From an uncultured Gammaproteobacteria bacterium (GTDB taxonomy: Bacteria; Pseudomonadota; Gammaproteobacteria; JAURND01): a DNA stretch of 64,000 nt. Below the pieces are notes generated by a model. That model was not told the DNA's origin. It searched no databases and was given only the letters and a program-made list of their open reading frames with translations. The stretch covers positions 192,001 through 256,000 of the forward strand of contig CAVQQD010000003.1 in NCBI GenBank assembly GCA_963714975.1, given 5' to 3'. The translations under genes were made by a program, and so were the position numbers. Shown here piece by piece: positions 40,306 through 49,852 of the stretch. The first letter of the stretch is position 1. Every line of letters starts with the position of its first letter.

Positions 40306-41214
40306 TTACCACATAGGGAGCTGATCTACCGCAATCCGCCAGTAATCGTAGACGTTGGTGATCTCAAAGCCACAGAGTTCATATAATTTCAATGCGGCTT
40401 GATTGTGGCATTCCACATCGAGAATAAATTGCCTTTGTCCTAGGTCGCGCATCATTTGAATTAACTTCAGGGTCATGGCTGAGGCCAATTTCTTGCCACG
40501 ATGCTCGGGTAAAATGCAAAGATCATGGATAAAAGTGGTATGACTCTCATCAAAGCGCACATGAATTTTGCCAACATTATCAAAGCCTGGAATGGAAGCT
40601 AACCAAACGCGTCGATTTTTTTCTTTCATGTTGTCAGTGAAGCGCTGCAGGGTATCGGTATAGGAAGAATCAAAACTGATAGCGCCAATTTTTGCTAGGA
40701 TATTTAAGTCTGCTTGGGTGGCTATGCGTAATTTTACTTCAGGTAAATCTTTAAGTTTAAAGCTGGGTTCGTGTTTGAAGAGCATTTCGACTTGGGAAAA
40801 AACATACTGGCCATTGTAACGTTTGACATAATCAACATCGATTATGGTACCTTGCGGGCAGACCCACAAAGCACTATTGATCCCGCGTTGCCGCATTTCC
40901 AGAGTTGCTTCGGCCAGTAATTTTTTAAATAAGCGGCGTTGGCGATATTTCGGGTGGACGAGGGCGGAAATTTCAGCTTCGTGGCTGTCAAAAGTAAATA
41001 GGGCAAGATAGCCAATTAAATTACCATCGAGATAATAGAAAAAATCGTTAAACTCCATGGTGAGTCGATTATCGACCACATGCCAATACACCTTAATCTT
41101 AAATCCATCAACTTCAGCAGATCGCTCCATGAGTTGCCGGATTTGCCGTAATTCTGTTTTGTGTAGTCTTGAGCTTTTGGTGAATTGTTTTATCATGGGT
41201 GCGGATCTTATCAT
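40306..41214 (-). CDS. Tandem-domain GNAT acetyltransferase
   Basis: VHPKYRQRRL and ILPEHRGKKLA acetyl-CoA motifs, plus N.AA.KLY..CGF. Confidence 0.88.
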   Translation of the reverse strand: MIRSAPMIKQFTKSSRLHKTELRQIRQLMERSAEVDGFKIKVYWHVVDNRLTMEFNDFFYYLDGNLIGYLALFTFDSHEAEISALVHPKYRQRRLFKKLLAEATLEMRQRGINSALWVCPQGTIIDVDYVKRYNGQYVFSQVEMLFKHEPSFKLKDLPEVKLRIATQADLNILAKIGAISFDSSYTDTLQRFTDNMKEKNRRVWLASIPGFDNVGKIHVRFDESHTTFIHDLCILPEHRGKKLASAMTLKLIQMMRDLGQRQFILDVECHNQAALKLYELCGFEITNVYDYWRIAVDQLPMW

Positions 41215-41246
41215 TTGTCAGTTATTATGTACATTTATTGTAACGA

Positions 41247-41368
41247 CTCAGTCCGTCGTCCCGCGGCTTGTCCGCGGGATCCAGAAGGTTTCTATTGGCC
41301 TTTTCCTGGATCCCGCGGACAAGCCGCGGGACGACGGGACTGAGCTTAACGACGGGACTGAGCTTAAC
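41247..41368. repeat. GTCRTCCCG-family (RPE-like) palindrome with an 18-nt terminal stutter
   Basis: CGTCGTCCCGCGGCTTGTCCGCGGGATCCAG..CTGGATCCCGCGGACAAGCCGCGGGACGACG, followed by GACGGGACTGAGCTTAAC twice. Confidence 0.9.
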
Positions 41369-41385
41369 AATATGAGGAGTCTATT

Positions 41386-42879
41386 GTGCTACACATCTAT
41401 AATACTCAAAGCCGCAAGAAGGAGCCGTTCCAGCCCATTATCCCTGGTCAGGTGCGTTTATATGTATGTGGTTCGACTGTTTATGATTACTGCCACATTG
41501 GCCATGGTCGCAGCATTATGGTGGTATTTGATGTCGTCACGCGTTATCTGCGTTATTTGGGCTATCAAGTACAATACGTCCGTAATATCACTGATATCGA
41601 CGATAAAATTATTCAACGAGCAAGGGAATTAGGGGAGGATATTTCCCAACTCACTGAGCGTTTTATTCAGGCCATGCACGAGGATGAACGTGCTTTAGGC
41701 GTTTTAGCTCCTGATCTTGAGCCCCGCGCGACCCAGCATATTCCTGACATCATCGCGATGATTGAAAAATTATTGGCCCAGGGTTATGCCTATGTTGCAG
41801 AAAATGGCGATGTTAATTTTGAGATCAGTCGTTTCCCGGAGTATGGGCATTTTTCTAATCAATCGATCGAAAAACTGCGTAGCGGCGCGCGGGTGGATAT
41901 TATTGAAACAAAAAGGGATCCTTTAGATTTTGCGTTGTGGAAACTAGCTAAGCCTGGGGAGCCGAGTTGGGATGCGCCCTGGGGAAGAGGGCGCCCGGGG
42001 TGGCATATTGAATGTTCTGCCATGTCGACTGGTTGTTTGGGGGAACATCTGGATATCCATGGCGGGGGCTTGGATTTGGTATTCCCCCATCATCAAAATG
42101 AAATAGCCCAATCGGAGGGTGCTTTTGGTGGGCGATTTGTGAATTACTGGATGCATGTTGGGTTTGTTCAGGTAAATCGGGAAAAGATGTCGAAATCTCT
42201 GGGAAACTTCCTTACCATTCGCGATGTTTTGGCGCAGTATGATGCGGAAGTAGTGCGTTATTTTATGTTGGCGAGCCATTATCGTAGCCCGATTAACTAT
42301 AGCCAGGAAAATTTACAAAGTGCGCAAATGGCCCTCGAGCGGCTTTATTTATGTTTGCGCGGCTTGCCAGCTACTGCGGAGAATTTAGAGCCCAGCGTCA
42401 TCCCTGCATGGAGGCAGGGATCCAGTTCGCAGGAAGCAAAACTTTCACATCCTAGTGGCTTGGATCCCGGCTTCCTGCCGGGACGACACGATAGGCCGGG
42501 ACGAGACGATATTGCACGTTTCTGTGCAGCAATGGATGATGATTTTAATACGCCGGTGGCTTTGGCGGTGTTGTTTGATTTAATCCGCGAAATCAATGTG
42601 TTATATCAAAAACAGTCAATCGAAATGGCAGCTCGATTAGGGGCGGTGTTGCGAAAATTAAGCGCTATTTTGGGGATTGGCCAGCAAAATCCTGAGACAT
42701 TTCTGCGGTTGGGGATGCCGGCGGAGGAAATTCAACAAATTGAGCAATTGATAACCGCGCGAGAAGCAGCGCGGGCAGCAAAACAATGGCAACAAGCGGA
42801 TCAATTGCGGGACCAATTGGCGGCAATGGGGGTGGTGATTGAGGATAGCGCTCAGGGGACCCTATGGCGCAAGCACTAG
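41386..42879 (+). CDS. cysS: Cysteine--tRNA ligase with an in-frame palindromic insertion
   Basis: [27 protein letters not shown] and AMDDDFNT motifs; extra segment [12 protein letters not shown]. Confidence 0.97.
   Translation: MLHIYNTQSRKKEPFQPIIPGQVRLYVCGSTVYDYCHIGHGRSIMVVFDVVTRYLRYLGYQVQYVRNITDIDDKIIQRARELGEDISQLTERFIQAMHEDERALGVLAPDLEPRATQHIPDIIAMIEKLLAQGYAYVAENGDVNFEISRFPEYGHFSNQSIEKLRSGARVDIIETKRDPLDFALWKLAKPGEPSWDAPWGRGRPGWHIECSAMSTGCLGEHLDIHGGGLDLVFPHHQNEIAQSEGAFGGRFVNYWMHVGFVQVNREKMSKSLGNFLTIRDVLAQYDAEVVRYFMLASHYRSPINYSQENLQSAQMALERLYLCLRGLPATAENLEPSVIPAWRQGSSSQEAKLSHPSGLDPGFLPGRHDRPGRDDIARFCAAMDDDFNTPVALAVLFDLIREINVLYQKQSIEMAARLGAVLRKLSAILGIGQQNPETFLRLGMPAEEIQQIEQLITAREAARAAKQWQQADQLRDQLAAMGVVIEDSAQGTLWRKH
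42396..42508. repeat. GTCRTCCCG-family palindromic element, in frame in cysS
   Basis: CGTCATCCCTGCATGGAGGCAGGGATCCA..TGGATCCCGGCTTCCTGCCGGGACGAC, plus a partial stutter GCCGGGACGAGACG. Confidence 0.88.
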
Positions 42880-42907
42880 CTCGTTGCCACCGTCCCCGCA
42901 TTCCCTA

Positions 42908-43840
42908 TTAGACAAATACAGAGGTAGGAGTGAGTGCGTTCTTATTGATATCTTCATCTGGCTCAGCTGGTAACAGCAGGATATTCAGGCCGTTTCCATC
43001 CGCCTCTGATGAGGTCTGACCTCCAGTACCTTCGCTAATATCTGAAGATATGGCTACATCATTTAGGCTAAGTTTAGTGCCTATCACACCTGAAATCTGG
43101 TGAGAGCCAGTAAGTGCAGGAGGCAACTGCACGTTATATTTGGCAGGATCTTTGATCACCGCGACGAGCGCCAAAAACTTGGGTAAATAATTTTGAGTTT
43201 CCTTGGGCAGCTGTTTTAGGTTCCAGAAATTAGTTCCTTGTTGAGCAGCACTGCGTAATCGAGTTGGGCCATAATTATAGGCGGCCACAGCAAGTAACCA
43301 ATCCTTACTTAAAGTTTGATGTAAGGAATTCAAGTATTTTAAAGCCGCTGTGGTTGAAGCAGCCAGATCACGTCTGCCATCCTGGCCGCCTGTTACTTTG
43401 ACTCCCAGATGGGCTGCTGTTTTTGGCATAAGTTGCCAAATACCGGCAGCCCCTTTGTTGGATGAGGCATTAGGATTAAAGTGACTTTCTATCATAGGTA
43501 GTAAAGCCAGCTCAGCAGGTACCCCGTGCTTTTGGGTTTGTTCAAATATATAAGATATATAAGGGGCAGCCTTCTGGAGTGAGGCATAAAGAGCATTTTT
43601 ATGCTTTACCAAGGCTTGAATCTGAGCTTTCACCTCATTACGTTCATTATGATGATGTAAATTAAAACGGCTGCCTAAAGCGTCCCACATGGAGCTTGAG
43701 CGCGAGCTAGGTGTTTGTTCTACAACAGTTTTTTTGGTTGAATCAGGTGCTGAGGCGCCTAAGCTTTGTGGGCTCACGACTAAGAATAAACTCGACAGTA
43801 CCGCCGAACAGGTTAATTTGCTAAATATATATGATTTCAT
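42908..43840 (-). CDS. MltD-like lytic transglycosylase lacking LysM domains
   Basis: Signal peptide; LPMIESHFNP, AAGIWQLMP, AAYNYG and LPKETQNY motifs. Confidence 0.85.
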   Translation of the reverse strand: MKSYIFSKLTCSAVLSSLFLVVSPQSLGASAPDSTKKTVVEQTPSSRSSSMWDALGSRFNLHHHNERNEVKAQIQALVKHKNALYASLQKAAPYISYIFEQTQKHGVPAELALLPMIESHFNPNASSNKGAAGIWQLMPKTAAHLGVKVTGGQDGRRDLAASTTAALKYLNSLHQTLSKDWLLAVAAYNYGPTRLRSAAQQGTNFWNLKQLPKETQNYLPKFLALVAVIKDPAKYNVQLPPALTGSHQISGVIGTKLSLNDVAISSDISEGTGGQTSSEADGNGLNILLLPAEPDEDINKNALTPTSVFV

Positions 43841-43895
43841 AGAATCTTATACTACATTAAAACATGGTTAAGGTCAAGCTAAGGTGCAGGCACTT

Positions 43896-43945
43896 CGTCA
43901 TCCCGTCTCTCCATCATCCCGACTCTCCGTCATCCCGAGGAGGGG
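43896..43945. repeat. Triple 16-nt stutter of a GTCATCCCG element end
   Basis: CGTCATCCCGTCTCTC / CATCATCCCGACTCTC / CGTCATCCCGAGG. Confidence 0.8.
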
Positions 43946-44021
43946 TAACGGGGGGGTGTTGCGTTGCATTGCTGTATGTATGAGGGTGACGCTTGAGGCA
44001 AAATGAGATATCGTTATTCTC

Positions 44022-44894
44022 ATGACCGCAAAAATACTCGATGGCAATGTGGTAGCGGCACAAATCCGCCAAAGCATTGCCAATGAAATCACAATACGTT
44101 CAGCCAAGGGCTTGAAGTTGCCCAGTCTTGCCGTAATTCTAGTGGGGAATAATCCTGCTTCTGAGATTTATGTGAAACATAAGCGCAAAGACTGCCAAAG
44201 CGTTGGCATTATTTCTCACGCTTATGATTTACCACCCAGTACTACTCATAACGCCCTGTTGGAGTTAATTGCCCAACTGAATGCTGACGAGGATATTCAT
44301 GGCATCTTGGTGCAATTACCTCTGCCGTTGCACATTCGCACCTCACAAATTTTAGACGCTATTGACCCCAATAAAGATGTGGATGCTTTCCATCCTTATA
44401 ATGTTGGCTGCTTAGCCCAGCGCCGCCCAACCTTACGCCCATGTACGCCCTTTGGGATCATTACCCTTTTAAAAAATGCCAAAATCAATTTGGAGGGTAT
44501 CAACGCAGTAGTTTTAGGTTCTTCTAATATCGTCGGTCGGCCAATGGCTTTGGAGTTGCTACTTGCTAAAGCGACTGTCACAGTGTGTCATCGTTTTTCT
44601 AAAGAAACGGATATTGCGGGGCATGTAAAGCGTGCTGATTTATTGGTAGTCGCCATAGGCAAGCTAGGGGTGATCAAGACAGAGTGGATTAAGCCAAGGG
44701 CGATTGTGGTAGATGTGGGGATTCATCGATTACCGGATGGCTCGATCTGTGGAGATGTGGACTTTGCTTCAGCTAAGCTTAAGGCTTCCTGGATTACCCC
44801 CGTCCCCGGTGGTGTGGGCCCCATGACCCGGGCGATTTTGCTGCAAAATACGCTTTATGCTGCTGAGAGGCAATCTACTGCTACTATATCCTGA
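44022..44894 (+). CDS. folD: Methylenetetrahydrofolate dehydrogenase/cyclohydrolase
   Basis: [22 protein letters not shown] and [11 protein letters not shown] motifs. Confidence 0.97.
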   Translation: MTAKILDGNVVAAQIRQSIANEITIRSAKGLKLPSLAVILVGNNPASEIYVKHKRKDCQSVGIISHAYDLPPSTTHNALLELIAQLNADEDIHGILVQLPLPLHIRTSQILDAIDPNKDVDAFHPYNVGCLAQRRPTLRPCTPFGIITLLKNAKINLEGINAVVLGSSNIVGRPMALELLLAKATVTVCHRFSKETDIAGHVKRADLLVVAIGKLGVIKTEWIKPRAIVVDVGIHRLPDGSICGDVDFASAKLKASWITPVPGGVGPMTRAILLQNTLYAAERQSTATIS

Positions 44895-44923
44895 GGCCTT
44901 GATAAGGAGTAGCATGTTTCGCC

Positions 44924-45676
44924 ATGCATACAATTGACTCACTCGACATAACCTTAAGACAGATGGATTTGTGGTATCGCTCTACTCTTGGCTCTTTTTT
45001 AATTGAAGCAGAGCGTGTGGAATTAGATCGGTGCTTAGAATCTTATTTTGGCGCTCATCTATTACAGCTGGGGGGGCCCAGTGAAAAATTTTTGTTTGAA
45101 AAAAGTCCCATTTTACATCGTGTTAGATTAAGTCCAGAATATGCTTCTGCTTTTCGCGGGCCCTGTGTCCAAGGATTAGTAAATCAATTGCCTTTTTTGC
45201 CAGAAAGTATCGATGTTATCTTGCTGCCTCATGTGCTCGAATTTATTTCGAATCCAGAAGAACTACTGTGCCAATGTAATTCTGTTTTAGCGCCGGAAGG
45301 GCATTTGCTGATTTTAGGGTTTAATCCCTATAGTTTGTGGGGATTAGCAAAATATGGATTGCATCATCGCCAGAGCTTACCTTGGCGAGGGCATTTTCGC
45401 AGTGCTATAACTATATGTCATTGTTTAATGAAGCAGGGATTTGAAATTGAAAAAGAATCGAGTTTATTTTTTCGTCCTCCGCTATCAAATTATCGATGGT
45501 TGCAAAAAATGTTTGTGCTCGAGGTATTTGGCAGATTGTTTTGGGGAAAATGCGGAGCCATTTATATTATTATTGCAAAAAAAAGAGTGATATCTTTATT
45601 GCCACCGGCGAAAATTGCTGCTGCTAAAACTGCTCAATTTCCTGGCTACTTAGAACCAAGTGCTAAAGTACGGTAA
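44924..45676 (+). CDS. YafS-like SAM-dependent methyltransferase
   Basis: [25 protein letters not shown] and GFNPYSLWG motifs; upstream of rnhA. Confidence 0.88.
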   Translation: MHTIDSLDITLRQMDLWYRSTLGSFLIEAERVELDRCLESYFGAHLLQLGGPSEKFLFEKSPILHRVRLSPEYASAFRGPCVQGLVNQLPFLPESIDVILLPHVLEFISNPEELLCQCNSVLAPEGHLLILGFNPYSLWGLAKYGLHHRQSLPWRGHFRSAITICHCLMKQGFEIEKESSLFFRPPLSNYRWLQKMFVLEVFGRLFWGKCGAIYIIIAKKRVISLLPPAKIAAAKTAQFPGYLEPSAKVR

Positions 45677-45685
45677 CTTACCTGC

Positions 45686-45742
45686 AAAACTCCGGCGTCA
45701 TTCCGAAAACTCCGACGTCATTCCGAGCGCAGCGAGGAATCT
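45686..45742. repeat. Half GTCATTCCG element with a 20-nt stutter, overlapping the rnhA RBS
   Basis: AAAACTCCGRCGTCATTCCG twice, then AGCGCAGCGAGGAATCT directly before ATG at 45744. Confidence 0.8.
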
Positions 45743-45743
45743 T

Positions 45744-46184
45744 ATGCAAAAAACAATTTACATTTTTACTGATGGCGCGTGTCGTGGTAATCCAGGCCCG
45801 GGAGGGTGGGGTGCCTTATTGCGTTGCGATTCTCACGAAAAAACTATTTATGGTGGAGAACTCTTTACAACCAATAATCGTATGGAATTGACAGCAGTTA
45901 TTACTGCCTTGGCTACTTTAAAACGGCCTTCTCATGTCGAAATAACGACTGATTCTAATTATGTGCGTTTAGGTATCACGCAATGGTTATTGCGATGGAA
46001 ATGCAATCATTGGCTCAATAGCAACAAAAAAGCAGTAAAAAATAAAGACCTCTGGGAAAGACTGGATCAAGAAGTGAAGCGTCACCAGCAGGTAATTTGG
46101 CATTGGGTAAAAGGACACAGTGGTCATCCTGAGAATGAAATAGCGGATCAGTTAGCGAATCGTGGTATCGATGAGTTATTGTAA
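45744..46184 (+). CDS. rnhA: Ribonuclease HI
   Basis: [28 protein letters not shown] and [14 protein letters not shown] motifs. Confidence 0.97.
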   Translation: MQKTIYIFTDGACRGNPGPGGWGALLRCDSHEKTIYGGELFTTNNRMELTAVITALATLKRPSHVEITTDSNYVRLGITQWLLRWKCNHWLNSNKKAVKNKDLWERLDQEVKRHQQVIWHWVKGHSGHPENEIADQLANRGIDELL

Positions 46185-46239
46185 CCTAGGCTCATAGCTG
46201 CCTGTTTTTGCCAACGTTGGCAATATAGTGAATAGTTAC
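46181..46239. mobile_element. GTAAC-type MITE (cargo type A) supplying the rnhA stop codon
   Basis: GTAACC...GTGAATAGTTAC; its reverse complement matches the 8853 copy (TTGCCAA.GTTGGCAAAAA.AGGC). Confidence 0.75.
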
Positions 46240-46564
46240 GTCATCCCTCATGAAAGTCTTCCTCTTTGCTCTGAATAACACCAGTAATTATTTTTCAATC
46301 ATAATAAAAATATTGTAATTATAAATTTTTTATATGGAAATTTGCGCAACAAAAAATATAAAAATTTTCTTTTGAAAAAAAGCTTGCATTTTAAAAAAAT
46401 GTGATTAATATAGGCGCTACACATGGTTGTGTGCTGGTGTATTAGGGCTGGCTCAATTTTAAACTCGATTTTAAATTTAGTTTTGAAATTAAGCCATAAG
46501 TCCAGAGGATCATAACAATGTGTATAAAAAAACCTGTTCTTTGGAATTCTCATGGAGGTTACAA

Positions 46565-47719
46565 ATGAAGAAAATTTTAGTTTTAGCAACAGCTGCTTTG
46601 ACAGCATCACTTGGGGCTTATGCAGCGGTTCCAACCACGGCTAGACCCTTTCAAATAGTTGTTCCCAATCTTAAAGCTGGACCCATCATTGAGTTAGAAG
46701 GTCTCTTGTTAAGACCACACAATGATGATTTAAGTTTTTCAGCAGTTAATAGTTCATTTGAGTCAGATGACAATTTAAATGACTTTGAGTTTGATGATTT
46801 CTCAAGTAAAGTCAACCAAGTTAATCCCAAGTACAACTTTGGATTTCGTGTAGCCTTGGGTTATATTTTCCCAGAATCTGGCAATGACATTTTGTTATCC
46901 TGGACTCACTTCAGCAAGAGTCGCAGTGCTAATACTGTTGCAGGACCTGGTGAAGTGTTAAGAACCGATTTAGGGTTCCCATTGGTAAATATTAATGAGC
47001 CTCTGCCAATTTTTGGGGATGACGTAATTGTCAGCGATGTAGAACCTCAAGCTAAGAGCAAAGCCAGTTTTCGCTATGATGCAATAGACTTAGATGTCGG
47101 TCAATATATGGATGTCGGTACCCGTCTTCGCTTAAGAGCATTTGGTGGCTTGCGTCTTGCTCGATTGAAGAACAATCTCACTAATAAGCATTTTGCTTCT
47201 TATGATATTCTCGAGGAAGAAACTGGTGAGTTAGAATCTACTATTGCATTTGCAGAAGAAGTTGATTATCAGTCCAAGTTTACTGGAATTGGTCCACGCT
47301 TCGGTATTGATTCATCCTACCATCTTGGTTATTGCTTTGGTATCGTTGGACATGTTTCCGGAAATCTGTTAGTGGGTAAAGTCAGTTCTAACACCGATGC
47401 AGATTTTGTTACTGACGTCACCTTCCCAGATGGTGAAGAGTTCATCACTGGAGTAGATCATGATGTCAGTGTAACTAAGCATAATCGCTTGGTACCAGGC
47501 TTTGACGCTAAATTAGGTTTGGATTGGACGTACATCATTCCTTCCAATGCATCATCAATTAGCATAGAAGCTGGTTATCAATGGACTCACTACATCGATG
47601 CTGTTGATCGATATCGTGTCCGCACTGGCTTAGATGTAGATTCTCCAGGTATCGTTACTAGGACCACCAGCAGTATCGGTTTTGATGGTCCTTACCTAAC
47701 TTTGACTTGGGCTGTCTAA
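46565..47719 (+). CDS. Lpg1974/Legionella major-OMP-family beta-barrel porin
   Basis: Signal peptide; P.Y.FGF..LGY, DLDVGQ, F.GIGPRFG, VPGFDAKLG and FDGPY motifs. Confidence 0.85.
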   Translation: MKKILVLATAALTASLGAYAAVPTTARPFQIVVPNLKAGPIIELEGLLLRPHNDDLSFSAVNSSFESDDNLNDFEFDDFSSKVNQVNPKYNFGFRVALGYIFPESGNDILLSWTHFSKSRSANTVAGPGEVLRTDLGFPLVNINEPLPIFGDDVIVSDVEPQAKSKASFRYDAIDLDVGQYMDVGTRLRLRAFGGLRLARLKNNLTNKHFASYDILEEETGELESTIAFAEEVDYQSKFTGIGPRFGIDSSYHLGYCFGIVGHVSGNLLVGKVSSNTDADFVTDVTFPDGEEFITGVDHDVSVTKHNRLVPGFDAKLGLDWTYIIPSNASSISIEAGYQWTHYIDAVDRYRVRTGLDVDSPGIVTRTTSSIGFDGPYLTLTWAV

Positions 47720-47728
47720 GTAGTTTAG

Positions 47729-47762
47729 AGGCTTTCTCAGTGAATCGAGAAAGCCTTTGTTT
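47729..47762 (+). terminator. Rho-independent terminator
   Basis: AGGCTTTCTC-loop-GAGAAAGCCT followed by TTGTTT. Confidence 0.7.
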
Positions 47763-47870
47763 GCAGTACTTAGTTACCTCCGGAACAGGCAGTACAGGGG
47801 ACGTGGTTTTTTCGCCCCCTGTACGCTTTTCCACTCTTATTTAAGTTTTCCCTTTCCTTAACTTGTTTTC

Positions 47871-48677
47871 ATGAGCTATCGACAGATTGTATTGGATACT
47901 GAAACTACGGGTTTAGCACTGGAAGACCGGATTATTGAGGTAGCTGGGGTTGAATTAATAAATCGTAAAATAACGGGTCAGCATTTCCATCAGTACGTGT
48001 GTCCGCAGCGACAAATTGATCAAGAGGCTGTAAGGATACACGGGATCACTGAAGATTTTTTAGCGGATAAGCCACCTTTCTCAGAAATAATTCATTCGTT
48101 CCTAAATTTTATTCAAGGCGCACAATTAATTATTCATAATGCACCTTTTGATCTCCGATTTTTAAAATATGAATTTGAACTAACAGGTTTGGCTTTCAAG
48201 GAGGTTGAAACCTATGGTAGTGTCGTGGATACTTTGGTATTGGCAAAGAAAAAACATCCGGGACAACAAAATAGTCTTGATGCCTTATGTAAGCGTTACG
48301 GTATTGATCGCTCATCTCGTCAATTCCACGGGGCTTTATTAGACGCTAACTTGCTCACTCATGTTTATCTTGCTATGACTGGGGGGCAAACGAGTTTGTT
48401 GGGTGATTTTTCTGAAAGGGTTCGCCGTCATTGCGAGGAGCAAAGCGACGAAGCAATCCATACCTCGGTTTGTGGATTGCTTCGTCGTTTTGCTCCTCGC
48501 AATGACGGCGAACCAGTGTTCTTCGAGACGCTGCGCTCCTCAGGACGAACGGAGAGTAGAGAGGATTTAAAAGTCATTTATGCTTCACCTATGGAATTAA
48601 ATTCTCATCGAGATAGAATAGAGAAAATTAAAGCTGGAAATGGTGGGGTTTGTTTATGGTTAGACGAAAATTATTAA
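47871..48677 (+). CDS. dnaQ: DNA polymerase III epsilon subunit with palindromic insertions in the linker
   Basis: LDTETTG, HNAPFD, HGALLDA and MTGGQTSL motifs, followed by a repeat-derived segment. Confidence 0.96.
   Translation: MSYRQIVLDTETTGLALEDRIIEVAGVELINRKITGQHFHQYVCPQRQIDQEAVRIHGITEDFLADKPPFSEIIHSFLNFIQGAQLIIHNAPFDLRFLKYEFELTGLAFKEVETYGSVVDTLVLAKKKHPGQQNSLDALCKRYGIDRSSRQFHGALLDANLLTHVYLAMTGGQTSLLGDFSERVRRHCEEQSDEAIHTSVCGLLRRFAPRNDGEPVFFETLRSSGRTESREDLKVIYASPMELNSHRDRIEKIKAGNGGVCLWLDENY
48419..48552. repeat. 96-bp GTCATTGCGAG palindrome plus half of a second element, in frame in dnaQ
   Basis: GGTTCGCCGTCATTGCGAGGAGCAAAGCGACGAAGCAATCCA..TGGATTGCTTCGTCGTTTTGCTCCTCGCAATGACGGCGAACC (48419-48514), then CTTCGAGACG..CTCAGGACGAACGG. 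Confidence 0.9.
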
Positions 48678-49852
48678 GATCAGTACATTTAATCTCCGAA
48701 TTTATACGTTTAGAGGCGAGTAGTGGCATTATTCTATTTGCTTCTGCCATTATTGCCTTGATTATTGCCAATTCCCCTTGGCATCACTATTACTACCGCT
48801 TATTTTATTTACCCATTCAGTATTCAATAGGGCAGTGGCATTTTTCCACTTATCTTATTTCCTGGATCAATGAAGCTTTGATGGCAGTTTTCTTTCTTTT
48901 GGTCGGTCTGGAAATCAAACGCGCCGTTTATTTCGGTGAACTCAATTCCATGGCAAAAATATCCTTACCAGGGATGGCTGCCTTGGGTGGTATGATTGTC
49001 CCTGCGCTGATTTATTTTATATTCAACTGGAATAATGTAACGGCATGGCCTGGCTGGGCAATTCCAACAGCTACTGATATTGCCTTTGCGTTAGGAATTA
49101 TGAGTTTGCTAGGAAAGCGGGTTCCTTTGAATCTTAAATTATTTCTGATGGCCTTGGCTATATTTGATGATTTGGGCGCCATTGTTATCATTGCCATCTT
49201 TTATCATTCGGATTTTTTATTATTACCTTTTTGTGGTGCGATTCTTTGTTTCATTTTTTTAGTGCTATGCAATCGCGCTCAGTATTATCAGATGTGGATT
49301 TATCTGGTTTTAGGGGTTATTTTATGGTTGTGTATGCAGAAGTCTGGCATACACCCTACTTTGGCCGGGGTGTTACTAGCGCTTACTATTCCTACTGCAA
49401 GCAAAAATTTGGGACCTTCTTGCCTAGATCGCCTCGAAACAGGGTTGCATCCTTGGGTTGCTTATGGGATCTTGCCTTTATTTAGTTTTGCCAACGCTGG
49501 GGTTTCATTTGCGGGGATTTCCTTTGGTAAATTATTTACTTCCCTTCCTTTAGGGATTATTGCGGGACTATTTATTGGCAAACAGTTAGGCGTTTTTTCC
49601 GCCACATGGTTTGCGGTGAAGAGGGGGTGGGCGCCTAAATTACCTGGAGTGAGTTGGTTAGCTGTGTATGGAGCTGCCTTAATCTGTGGGGTTGGTTTTA
49701 CCATGAGTTTATTTATTGGTCATCTGGCATTTGATGATACGAGCCCGGAAAATTCAGTATTGGTGCGATTTGGTGTATTGACGGGATCATTTTTGTCTGG
49801 AATAGTGGGTTATTTTTTATTACGAAAAGCAGTGACTAAGGATTGTCCATGA
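48656..49852 (+). CDS. nhaA: Na+/H+ antiporter NhaA
   Basis: FFLLVGLEIKR, GWAIPTATDIAFA, LAIFDDLGA and CGVGFTMSLFI motifs. Confidence 0.96.
   Translation: MVRRKLLRSVHLISEFIRLEASSGIILFASAIIALIIANSPWHHYYYRLFYLPIQYSIGQWHFSTYLISWINEALMAVFFLLVGLEIKRAVYFGELNSMAKISLPGMAALGGMIVPALIYFIFNWNNVTAWPGWAIPTATDIAFALGIMSLLGKRVPLNLKLFLMALAIFDDLGAIVIIAIFYHSDFLLLPFCGAILCFIFLVLCNRAQYYQMWIYLVLGVILWLCMQKSGIHPTLAGVLLALTIPTASKNLGPSCLDRLETGLHPWVAYGILPLFSFANAGVSFAGISFGKLFTSLPLGIIAGLFIGKQLGVFSATWFAVKRGWAPKLPGVSWLAVYGAALICGVGFTMSLFIGHLAFDDTSPENSVLVRFGVLTGSFLSGIVGYFLLRKAVTKDCP

Noticed and set aside
43846-43885. TTAA half-sites at 11-bp spacing upstream of the mltD-like gene
   Set aside because: No -10 hexamer at the 11-nt spacing seen in the three accepted PmrA-type promoters, and the AT-rich context makes a chance match likely.
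45660-45743. Repeat-encoded N-terminal extension of RNase HI (..[10 protein letters not shown])
   Set aside because: ATG at 45744 has its own SD and gives a normal-length protein, so the repeat is probably untranslated. It is not counted as an in-frame insertion.
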